From: a bacterium
Lineage (GTDB): Bacteria; UBA8248; JACPRG01; G963555815
DNA length: 64,000 nt
Assembly: GCA_965261595.1 (NCBI GenBank)
Contig: CBDHDG010000006.1
Span: forward strand, 736,001-800,000
Direction: 5' to 3'
Shown here: one piece after another, positions 1-8,472 of the stretch
Layout: every line of letters starts with the position of its first letter
Position numbering within the stretch: position 1 is the stretch's first letter
The notes under the pieces: model-generated
What the model was told of the DNA's origin: nothing
Databases searched by the model: none
What the model saw: the letters and a program-made list of their open reading frames with translations, nothing else
Translations under genes and position numbers: made by a program

Positions 1-4
1 CGGA

Positions 5-1864
5 TTGTTTCCTTGCGGCCATGTGCATGTGGAAACAGAAGGACAGGAGATTCAAAAAATCGAGGCTACGGAATCGGCATGGCAGGACCTCCAACTTCCA
101 CCGCTCAGGACAATCACGCTTGAGCCTTTGCATGAGTCTCCGAATCGCTTTCCAGGCCTCAGAATTTCTTGGGAAGGGAAAGATCATGAAATCGATCCTG
201 AAAGACCGGAAGCGCTGGTCACAGAATTGAACCACGTCATTGAGCGGGTGGACCCTGATCTACTCCTCACGTCTCAGGGAGACACGTTGCTTTTTCCATG
301 GCTGTTGCGAGCCGAGGCCCTGGCAAAGGCTCGGCTCAACCTGGATCGGGACGCGGCAGTCCCAAGGCGTTCGCTCAGAACAAAGGGCAGGTCTTATTTC
401 ACCTACGGCCGGATCCTTTATTCTCCTCCACGCTATCCTCTTTTCGGCCGATGGCACATCGACAAAGAGGCTTCCTTTATGTATCGGGAAGCGGGTCTGG
501 ACGGAATCGTGGAACTTTCGCGCTTGGCAAAGATTCCCGTTCAGACCACCGCAAGAACTTCCCCGGGCACAGCCATCTCATCGATGCAGCTGGATGAGGC
601 CTTTCGGCAGAACATCCTGGTCCCGTGGCGGAAAGGCGAGCCCGAGGCTTTCAAAACACCGTGGAAGCTCTTCATCGCGGACAAAGGCGGCTTAACGTAT
701 TCACCCGAAGTGGGCGAATTTGAGAACGTTGCGGAAATTGATTTTGCATCCATGTATCCCGCAATCATGGTCGCGCACAACATCTCTCCCGAAACCATGC
801 TGTGTTCGTGCTGCGAGAAAGATGGTGAAAAAGTTCCTGAATCCGGCTACCACATCTGCAAGCGAAGGCATGGGTTGGTTCCAAAGGTTCTGGCGCCAAT
901 CCTTGACAGAAGGGAGGCCTTGAAACGGCGGAAGAAACTGGCAAACAATGATCGGGATAGAATTCACTTCGACAAACGTCAGACGGCGTTGAAGTGGATC
1001 CTTGTCACATGTTTCGGATATTTGGGTTACAAAAATGCGCGCTTCGGGAGAATCGAAGCCCATGAAGCCGTAACCGCATTCGGCAGAGAGAAGCTTCTGC
1101 ACGCAAAAGAAATTGTGGAAACGCAAGGCTACCGCATACTCCACGCCCTCACCGACTCGTTGTGGATTCATCAAGGAGACATCGGGGAGGAAGCGCTATG
1201 CAAGTCTATCGATGAAATTGTTGAAGCAACCCGAATCCCAATGGCATTAGAGGGCGTCTACAGATGGTTGCACTTCCTGCCGTCAAAGCGAAGGCCCTCC
1301 GTCGGGACGCCGGCGCGATTCTTCGGTGTCTTGAAGAACGGAAATTTGAAGGCTCGCGGGCTTGCTCACCGAAGGAGTGATACGCCGCGGTTCATCAAAG
1401 AAGCGCAATTGTCCATTCTGAAAATCCTCAGCAACGCGAGGGATTTGAAAGAATATCATGCCTTGTTCGGGAAAGCGGAGGAAGAGCATGAGCAATGGCG
1501 CAAGGAGCTTCAATCCGGGAATGTTTCTCCATGGCGCCTTGTGATGACCCGCAGGCTGACGCGGGATGTAAACAGCTATAAGGCGGACACATGGACTTCG
1601 TTGGCCGGAAGACAATACGAGCAAGCGGGCATAACGTTGCATGCCGGTGAACGGATTTCGTTTTTGCTGAAGAATGTTTCAGATCCGTTGAAACAAGAGC
1701 GGGTGATCGCAGCGCCCTTCATCAAGCCGGAGGATCATTACGACCTGAGAAAATATGAACAAATGTTAAATCATGCGGTGGAAGAGCTTTGGTGTACAAC
1801 GCCGCGGCAGGATGTGTCTTCGACGGCCGATTCCCATTCTTCCTTATTCCTGCCTCTCTCTTGA
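5..1864 (+). CDS. polB: Family B DNA polymerase, PolB2-like (archaeal Dpo2 group); N-terminus probably lies left of the window
   Basis: Motif A EIDFASMYP, motif B KWILVTCFGYLG, degenerate motif C HALTDSLW (canonical YGDTDS), Cys cluster SPETMLCSCC...HIC, KARG thumb motif; visibly lower GC than the backbone. Confidence 0.88.
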   Translation: MFPCGHVHVETEGQEIQKIEATESAWQDLQLPPLRTITLEPLHESPNRFPGLRISWEGKDHEIDPERPEALVTELNHVIERVDPDLLLTSQGDTLLFPWLLRAEALAKARLNLDRDAAVPRRSLRTKGRSYFTYGRILYSPPRYPLFGRWHIDKEASFMYREAGLDGIVELSRLAKIPVQTTARTSPGTAISSMQLDEAFRQNILVPWRKGEPEAFKTPWKLFIADKGGLTYSPEVGEFENVAEIDFASMYPAIMVAHNISPETMLCSCCEKDGEKVPESGYHICKRRHGLVPKVLAPILDRREALKRRKKLANNDRDRIHFDKRQTALKWILVTCFGYLGYKNARFGRIEAHEAVTAFGREKLLHAKEIVETQGYRILHALTDSLWIHQGDIGEEALCKSIDEIVEATRIPMALEGVYRWLHFLPSKRRPSVGTPARFFGVLKNGNLKARGLAHRRSDTPRFIKEAQLSILKILSNARDLKEYHALFGKAEEEHEQWRKELQSGNVSPWRLVMTRRLTRDVNSYKADTWTSLAGRQYEQAGITLHAGERISFLLKNVSDPLKQERVIAAPFIKPEDHYDLRKYEQMLNHAVEELWCTTPRQDVSSTADSHSSLFLPLS

Positions 1865-2046
1865 TCGGGGGCGAAAACCCTCAAGCGGGAAATTTCAAAA
1901 GATGATAGCAATCGCCTGCTTCGAGTCGGCGGCCGGTGTGTTCCGACTCGCTCTTGCGCGTCCCCGCTCCTGATGCCATTTTGGTCCGAGAGGTCAATCA
2001 TAACAAGCGTTTGGGACGGTTCCGCTGGTTGTTGGGATAGGTCATC

Positions 2047-3015
2047 ATGGCCGCCCTCCTGGCCGGCGGGGCGACGACTGTCTCCGCCGCCAAGCGCGTG
2101 AAGATCGGGATGTTCGCGTTCGGCCATACGCGGATGGTCGGCCAACACCTCATTGACGACGGGATCGCCAAGAGGTGGGGCGCGAAGTACGGCGTGGATC
2201 TGAAGATTTTCTTCCCCAACGACGACTTTGCGGCGTTCATGGGCAAATCCACGCAGATCATCGCCCTCAGCAGCCTCGAAGCGGCCCGGCTGGTGGGCGA
2301 CGAGGGCCTCGACATCGTGATGTGGGGGAAGCTGAACACCGCTTTCCAGGAGTTTTATGTGCGGACCGACTCGCCGTACAAGAGCCCGGCCGACCTGAAA
2401 GGCAAGAAGATCGTCATCGCCGGGTGGGACACCGGGTCGGCGCAGATCGGGACCATACTGATGAAGCGGTTTTGGGGACTCAATCTGCGGAAGGACTTCC
2501 GAGTCGTGACCGCCTCCTGGCCGGTCGGGCCCCAGGTTCTGGCGAAGGGCGACGTCGAGATGGCCTTGACCGAAATGCCCCTCACCCTGGAGTTGATGGA
2601 ACGGGGGAAGATCCGGCCCATCCTCAGCACCTACGCGACTGAATGGGCCAAGCGCAGGGGAACGGGGCATCTCATCTCCATCAGCCTGTGGGCGTCGTTC
2701 GGCAAGTGGCTGAAGAAGAACGAGAAGGCCGCCCGGGCCGTCCTCGGCGCGACGCAGGAGGCCATGGATTACATCAACAAAAACACCCGGTCGTGGGCCG
2801 GCCGCTATCGCGATTTCATCCAGGACAAAGCCACGGACTCCCAGGTGGCCACGTTTGTGGATTGGTGGCGGAAGGTCCAACCCTCCTACAAGAACGCCTA
2901 CCTGGACGAGAAGTTCATTCGGGGGGAGACGGAGTTCCTGAAGATGGCCGTCGAGGCCGGTTTCATAAAGCCCAAGGGCGTGAAGAAGGGTCTTTGGCGC
3001 GTCATCAAGCCCTGA
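2047..3015 (+). CDS. ABC transporter substrate-binding protein, SsuA/NMT1/THI5-like; 5' end possibly damaged
   Basis: DSPYKSPADLKGKKI motif, GDVEMA segment, signal-peptide remnant; in-frame TAG at 2038-2040 interrupts an apparent longer signal peptide. Confidence 0.8.
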   Translation: MAALLAGGATTVSAAKRVKIGMFAFGHTRMVGQHLIDDGIAKRWGAKYGVDLKIFFPNDDFAAFMGKSTQIIALSSLEAARLVGDEGLDIVMWGKLNTAFQEFYVRTDSPYKSPADLKGKKIVIAGWDTGSAQIGTILMKRFWGLNLRKDFRVVTASWPVGPQVLAKGDVEMALTEMPLTLELMERGKIRPILSTYATEWAKRRGTGHLISISLWASFGKWLKKNEKAARAVLGATQEAMDYINKNTRSWAGRYRDFIQDKATDSQVATFVDWWRKVQPSYKNAYLDEKFIRGETEFLKMAVEAGFIKPKGVKKGLWRVIKP

Positions 3016-3051
3016 AAGAGGCGAGGTCCTTTTCCGCGTAGAATTGAACAT

Positions 3052-3200
3052 GGCCCTGTGAAGCCGGGCCGTCGCGGCAAGGCGTCCCACGTCTTGCTCC
3101 GTCCCATGAACAGGCCCGGGGGCAGACCCGCCGCGACGGCCGGGAAGACAGCGGCCGCCACCCGGCCGAAGTTCTACGTCCGGCTTCTCAAGCGGGAGCG
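3052..3200 (+). ncRNA. Candidate structured non-coding RNA (unclassified)
   Basis: TAGAAT -10-like box at 3039-3044; nested helices GAAGCCGG 3060-3067/CCGGCTTC 3180-3187, GCCGTCGCGGC 3068-3078/GCCGCGACGGC 3130-3140, CAAGGCGT 3078-3085/ACGTCTTG 3089-3096. Confidence 0.5.
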
Positions 3201-3353
3201 GGTCTATCACCACATTCGCCCCAGCAGGCCCTGAGAAATCTTACAAACCGGCCCCTGTCTCTCATCGGTCTTGAACGCATGCCCTCTCTTTGACCGGCTT
3301 CTCCGGATTTGCTAAAATTCCAGGAATAGCGAGTTCATAGGAGCGGGATTCCG

Positions 3354-4460
3354 ATGCAATCCATCACAGAGACTTTGCCACGATTCAGAGACCAGCGACT
3401 CGTGCCCCTCTGGGAGAAGGTCCAGGTCGGCGAGCGGCTCTCTCGGGACGAAGGCCTCTTGTTGTTCGAGACCGATGACCTCCTGGGACTCGGGCGGATG
3501 GCGAACTTCGCCAAACATCGGCGCGTCGGGGACTGGGTCTTCTTCGTGATCAACCGCTACATCAATCCCACGAACGTCTGTGTCCTCTCCTGCAAGTTCT
3601 GCGACTTCGCCAGAAAGAAGGGTGAGGCCGGCGCCTTCGAGTACGGCATCGAGGACATCCTGGGTATGCTCAAGGACGAAGTCCGAGAGGTCCACATCGT
3701 AGGCGGCCACCACCCGGACTGGCCCTTCGAGTACTACGAGCGCCTGATCCAGGCGATCCACGACCGTCATCCCCAGATTCAGATCAAGGCTTTCACCGCC
3801 GCCGAAATCGATTACTTCTATCGGCGTTGGAAGATCCAGCCGGAGGAGGCGCTGGCCCGCCTCAAGGCGGCCGGGCTCCACTCGATGCCCGGAGGGGGGG
3901 CGGAGATCTTCTCCAAGCGAATTCAGAAGGCGCTCGACTACACCGGCAAGGCGGACGCCGATCGCTGGTGCGAGATCCACGGCATGGCCCACCGTCTGGG
4001 TATTCGGACCAACGCCACCATGCTCTACGGCCACATCGAGACCGTGGCCGAGCGCGTCGACCACCTCCTTCGCCTCCGAGCCCAGCAGGATGAGAGTGGC
4101 GGCTTCCTGACCTTCATCCCGCTCGCCTACCAAGTGGGGAACACGAAGCTGGTGCGCCGCCAGACCCCGCCGACCGATGACCTTCGGACCATCTCGGCCT
4201 CACGCCTCCTCCTCGACAACTTTCCCCACGTGGAGGCCTACTGGGTGATGATCGGCGAGGCGACGACATCGGTGGCCCTGCACTTCGGCGCCGACGACGT
4301 CAACGGCACGTTGGAAGATGAAAGGGTCGCCCATGCGGCGAAGGCGGAAAGCCCCATTGGCCTCGTGCGTGAAAAGCTCTTTCGGATGATCCGCGACGCG
4401 GGCAAAATCCCCGTCGAGCGCGACGCCCTGTACAACGTGGTCAAGGTTTGGAACGATTGA
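3354..4460 (+). CDS. mqnE: Aminofutalosine synthase (radical SAM)
   Basis: INPTNVCVLSCKFCDF CxxxCxxC, MPGGGAEIF, TNATMLYGHIET, AYWVMIG; futalosine cluster context. Confidence 0.92.
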   Translation: MQSITETLPRFRDQRLVPLWEKVQVGERLSRDEGLLLFETDDLLGLGRMANFAKHRRVGDWVFFVINRYINPTNVCVLSCKFCDFARKKGEAGAFEYGIEDILGMLKDEVREVHIVGGHHPDWPFEYYERLIQAIHDRHPQIQIKAFTAAEIDYFYRRWKIQPEEALARLKAAGLHSMPGGGAEIFSKRIQKALDYTGKADADRWCEIHGMAHRLGIRTNATMLYGHIETVAERVDHLLRLRAQQDESGGFLTFIPLAYQVGNTKLVRRQTPPTDDLRTISASRLLLDNFPHVEAYWVMIGEATTSVALHFGADDVNGTLEDERVAHAAKAESPIGLVREKLFRMIRDAGKIPVERDALYNVVKVWND

Positions 4461-4734
4461 GCACTGATTCGGTCATGTCCTAATTTTAGCCGGAAAAAAG
4501 TCGAATCTTACAAATGAACACGGTCTCGATAGGGCGCCACGCACGAAGCGGAGATGAGGGAGTTTTTTTTGTGGGGGCGGGTGTGTGACCGCGGGACCAC
4601 CGTGAGGCCATGAATCAACAATCAATCTCTCGTGGTCTTCGGCATTCCGGTGCCTCTGGGTTTTCGATAGGTCTTATGCGCCACCACCCGCCAAAACTTC
4701 AGGACGTTCATTGTGCGGGAGTCAATCGCCGGTA

Positions 4735-5481
4735 ATGCTCAGGGTCGGACATATCCCGTACCTCGTTTTCGAGCCTTTTTTCTCCCACCTGTCGGGATTT
4801 GAGCTCGTTCGGCTGAATCCCCGGATGCTCGGACGCGCCATGGCCCGGGGCGTCCTCGACGCGGGCCCGCTTTCGCTGGTGGATTTCCTCAGATCGGAGA
4901 CAGCGCTTACGCCGCTTCCATTCGGCGTCGCCACCCGGGGTGCGGCCCAGAGCGTTTTGCTCTTTTCAAACCGTCCGCTTTCCGAGTTGGGCGGCGCGGT
5001 GCTCGCCGTCAGCCCCGAAACCTCCACGTCCGTCGAGCTCCTCAGGATCCTCCTCACCTTGAAGTATGAGGCCGTTCCCCGCGCTTGGGTCGGGACCGAT
5101 GAGCCCCACGATGCCGTGCTCCTCATCGGCGACCAGGCGATCCAGGCGCTCAAGTCCCACCCCCGGTTCTCTCATGTGGTGGACCTCGGGAGTGAGTGGG
5201 TTCGGTGGATGGGGCTTCCCTTCGTCTTCGCCCGGTGGGCGGTGCGGACCTCCGTCCCGGATGCCGAACAGCTCACCCTTCGGCTCGCCCTCGACGAGGG
5301 GCTGGAGCGAGGGCTCGCGGGACTCCCCGGGATCGCTCAAACCCGCCGCGACACAGGATTCAGCGAGGCCGAGGTGGTAAGCTATCTGAACGGGTTCATC
5401 AATCGGCTCGGGGCCGAAGAAGAGAAGGCAATCGCCGAGTTCAGCCGGCTGCTGGCCCAGGTGGAGGAACAGCCGTGCTGA
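4735..5481 (+). CDS. mqnA: Chorismate dehydratase (futalosine pathway)
   Basis: VGHIPYL, SVLLFS, LLIGDQA, DLGSEW..MGLPFVFARW motifs; overlaps the mqnC start. Confidence 0.85.
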   Translation: MLRVGHIPYLVFEPFFSHLSGFELVRLNPRMLGRAMARGVLDAGPLSLVDFLRSETALTPLPFGVATRGAAQSVLLFSNRPLSELGGAVLAVSPETSTSVELLRILLTLKYEAVPRAWVGTDEPHDAVLLIGDQAIQALKSHPRFSHVVDLGSEWVRWMGLPFVFARWAVRTSVPDAEQLTLRLALDEGLERGLAGLPGIAQTRRDTGFSEAEVVSYLNGFINRLGAEEEKAIAEFSRLLAQVEEQPC

Positions 5482-6548
5482 GCGAAGTCGAGGCCAAGGT
5501 GGACGCCGGAAAGCGGGTGACGCGCGCGGAGGGGCTCTGGCTCCTCAAAGAGGCGCCCCTGTTGGAGTTGGGGGTGCTCGCCCAGGAGGCGCGTTTCAGG
5601 GTCATACCCGAGCGGCGCGTCACGTTTGTCATCGACAGCAATCCCAACTACACCAACGTCTGCGTCACGGACTGCCAGTTCTGCGCCTTCTACCGCAAAC
5701 CCGGATCCCCCGAGGCCTACACGCTGACGGTGGACGAAGTGCTCAAAAAGGTCGAGTCCGCCGCCGAGAAGGGCGCCACAACGGTCCTCTTGCAAGGCGG
5801 CCACAATCCGGAAATCCCCCTGGAATACTACCTGACCCTGGTCCGGGAGACACGCCGGCGCTTCCCCCAGGTCACCCCGCACTTCTTCTCCGCCTCGGAA
5901 ATCCAGACCATGAGCCAGACGGCCGGGCTCGGCGTGAGAGAGATCCTCAGCCGTCTGAGGGAAGCCGGACAATGCTCCCTGCCCGGCGGGGGCGCCGAAG
6001 TGCTCTCGGAGAAGGTGCGGAAGCGGATCGAGCCAAAAAAGGGCGGGCCCTCGGCCTGGCTCGACGTTCACCGAGAGGCCCACCGGCTTGGCTTCAAGTC
6101 CACCGCCACGATGATGTATGGCCACCTGGAGCAACCCGAGGACATCTTCGATCACCTGGACGCAGTCCGCGACCTACAGGACGAACAGGCTGGTTTCACC
6201 GCGTTCGTCCCCTGGTCCTTCAAGCCGGAGAACACACTTTTAGAAAAGTGGATCAAGCACTATGCCGGGCCGAACCAGTACCTCCGCATGCTGGCGGTGG
6301 CGCGCCTCTATCTGGACAACTTCCCCCATATCCAGGCCTCCTGGTTCTCCGAAGGGAAGCGGGTCGGGCAACTTGCGCTACGCTTCGGCGCCGACGACTT
6401 CGGCGGAACGCTCTTCGAGGAGAACGTGCACGCCGCCGCTAACTTTGTGAACAAGGCGATGGTGGTAGAGGTCTGCACGCTGATCCGTGAGGCTGGCTTC
6501 ACCCCCACACAACGCACGACCCTTTACGAAATCCTGAAGGTCTACTGA
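5475..6548 (+). CDS. mqnC: Cyclic dehypoxanthinyl futalosine synthase (radical SAM)
   Basis: NPNYTNVCVTDCQFCAFYR, LLQGGHNP, LPGGGAEVL, HIQASW, FGADDFGGT; GTG start behind GGAGG. Confidence 0.92.
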   Translation: MLSEVEAKVDAGKRVTRAEGLWLLKEAPLLELGVLAQEARFRVIPERRVTFVIDSNPNYTNVCVTDCQFCAFYRKPGSPEAYTLTVDEVLKKVESAAEKGATTVLLQGGHNPEIPLEYYLTLVRETRRRFPQVTPHFFSASEIQTMSQTAGLGVREILSRLREAGQCSLPGGGAEVLSEKVRKRIEPKKGGPSAWLDVHREAHRLGFKSTATMMYGHLEQPEDIFDHLDAVRDLQDEQAGFTAFVPWSFKPENTLLEKWIKHYAGPNQYLRMLAVARLYLDNFPHIQASWFSEGKRVGQLALRFGADDFGGTLFEENVHAAANFVNKAMVVEVCTLIREAGFTPTQRTTLYEILKVY

Positions 6549-6549
6549 C

Positions 6550-7377
6550 TCAGATCGGATCCAGCGGCGGGATTTCGGAGATCCGCCCCTTTTCGCGGGA
6601 GAACGACAAGAGCAGCTTCAGCGCCTCCCGTCCCTCGTCCCCCAGTGTCAGGGTGTAGTTGTTGACGTACATGAGGACAAAGCGTCGACAGGTGTCATGG
6701 TCGATGCCGCGGCCGTACCGCATGGCGTACTCGATGGCCTCATCAATGTGCGCGTGGGCATACGCGATGGAACGGCGCAGCGCTTCCGACATCTCCGCCC
6801 CCGTGGCCTCGCCCAGATCCCGCCGCACCACGTTGATCCCCAGCGGAAGCGGGAGGCCGGATTCCCGTTCCCAGGCCTCCCCGAGGTCCAACACTTTGTG
6901 AAGGCCCATCGCCTGATGGGTGATCTGTCCTTCGTGGATCAGGAGCCCCACCTCGACCTCCCCATCCAGGACGGCCTTCGGGATCTCGTCGAACGCCACC
7001 TCGACGAATTTGGGGTCTCCACAGTAAACCTGAAGCAAAAGGGCCGAGGTGGTGTATCTGCCCGGGATGGCCACCACCCGGTCCGGAATCTCCCCCGGGT
7101 CCATCGGCTCGCGGGCCACCAGGATCGGCCCATACCCCTTCCCCATGGAAGCGCCACAATCCATGATCCGGTATCGGTCGGCCAGCTGGGGATAGGCCGC
7201 CGCCGAGATGGCGGTGACCTCGAGCTCCGCCGTACGAGCCCTCTGGTTGAGGGACTCGATATCTTCAAGCACGTGGGTAATCTCACAGCCCTCAGCCTTC
7301 ACCTTCCCCGCGGTAAGCGCGTAAAACATAAACGCGTCGTCCGGGTCCGGGGTATGTCCGATCCGAATCATTGTCAT
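6550..7377 (-). CDS. mqnD: 1,4-dihydroxy-6-naphthoate synthase
   Basis: GHTPDPDDAFMFYAL, DIESLN, GASMGKGYGP, LLIHEGQ, LPLPLG, MYVN motifs. Confidence 0.92.
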   Translation of the reverse strand: MTMIRIGHTPDPDDAFMFYALTAGKVKAEGCEITHVLEDIESLNQRARTAELEVTAISAAAYPQLADRYRIMDCGASMGKGYGPILVAREPMDPGEIPDRVVAIPGRYTTSALLLQVYCGDPKFVEVAFDEIPKAVLDGEVEVGLLIHEGQITHQAMGLHKVLDLGEAWERESGLPLPLGINVVRRDLGEATGAEMSEALRRSIAYAHAHIDEAIEYAMRYGRGIDHDTCRRFVLMYVNNYTLTLGDEGREALKLLLSFSREKGRISEIPPLDPI

Positions 7378-7497
7378 TCAAGGTCTCCATGAAGAAGATT
7401 GCGACCCGAGAGAAGAGTATCGAGGCCATCCGGCCGGTCTTCGCGCGGAAAGGATACCCCAACCGGGTCATCTTCCCTTTCCCCGATTCGAGGCTTC

Positions 7498-8472
7498 CTA
7501 TCCATAAGAACGCCAGAGGACATCGGCCACCGCCCCCATTCCGACGATGACGCTGAACCAGGCGTTCAGCTGAAAGAACGATAAATCCACCCGGGAGAAA
7601 TCACCGGGCCGGACCACGACATGCTCATACCCCAACAAGACCGTCCCCAGCAACCAGGAGAGCCAATAGATCCCTCCCAGTTGGCCGGACCAGCCGGTCA
7701 TGAAGAGGGAAAAGGCCGTCACAAAGTGCAACCCGCCGGAGAGCCAAAGGGCGCGAGGGACGCCGAATCGGGCCGGGACGGATCGCAGCCCCTCGGCCCG
7801 GTCGAAATCGAAATCCAGGCAGGCGTAGATCAGGTCGAATCCGGCCACCCACGTCGTAGCGCCCAGCGCGAGCCACAAAGGGACGGCCGTCAGGTCTCCG
7901 CGAACGGCGATCCAGGCCCCGGCCGCCGCGCACCCGTGGACCGACCCCAGGAACAGGTGGCAGCTCCACGTCCACCGCTTGGCGTAGGAATAAAAAACGA
8001 TGATCCCCACCACGACCGGCGAGAGCCAGAGCGTCAGGCGGTTCAACAGGCCGGCGGACACGAGGAACAGGGCGAGCGAGACCGCCATGAAAACCCAGAT
8101 GCCTTTTCCTTCCACGATGCACCGGAAGGCCAGCCGGTCCCGCGTTCTGGGGTTCTTCGCGTCAAAGTCCTTGTCGGCGAGTCGGTTGAGGGCGAAGGCG
8201 AAGTTCCGCGCCCCGACGGCCGCCGCGACGATCCAGGCCAGCGACCACGCCGAGGGGACCCCCCCGGCGGCGAGAAACGCCCCCGCCAGCACAAAGGGCA
8301 GGGCGAAGACGGAATGCTCGAGCTTGACCAGACGGAACAACTGGACGGCCGTCCCGCCGTCCTTCGGACCCGGACCGGGATCGCGGGAATCCGCCGTGTG
8401 CGGGTCCCTTTTCAGGCGATCGCTCCGGCCGGCAGGGTCCCCGCCCTCCTCCCCCCGCGCGGCCTCAATCAA
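7498..8472 (-). CDS. ubiA: UbiA-family polyprenyltransferase (MqnP-like)
   Basis: KLEHSVFALPF, NRLADKDFDAKNPRT, YSYAKR, GFDLIYACLD; multiple TM segments; start uncertain. Confidence 0.88.
   Translation of the reverse strand: MIEAARGEEGGDPAGRSDRLKRDPHTADSRDPGPGPKDGGTAVQLFRLVKLEHSVFALPFVLAGAFLAAGGVPSAWSLAWIVAAAVGARNFAFALNRLADKDFDAKNPRTRDRLAFRCIVEGKGIWVFMAVSLALFLVSAGLLNRLTLWLSPVVVGIIVFYSYAKRWTWSCHLFLGSVHGCAAAGAWIAVRGDLTAVPLWLALGATTWVAGFDLIYACLDFDFDRAEGLRSVPARFGVPRALWLSGGLHFVTAFSLFMTGWSGQLGGIYWLSWLLGTVLLGYEHVVVRPGDFSRVDLSFFQLNAWFSVIVGMGAVADVLWRSYG

Noticed and set aside
3052..3240. SAM-I, TPP, cobalamin riboswitch, SRP or 6S identity for the RNA candidate
   Set aside because: Only isolated fragments match (ATGAA, CTGAGA, GGGAAG); the ordered consensus elements are missing
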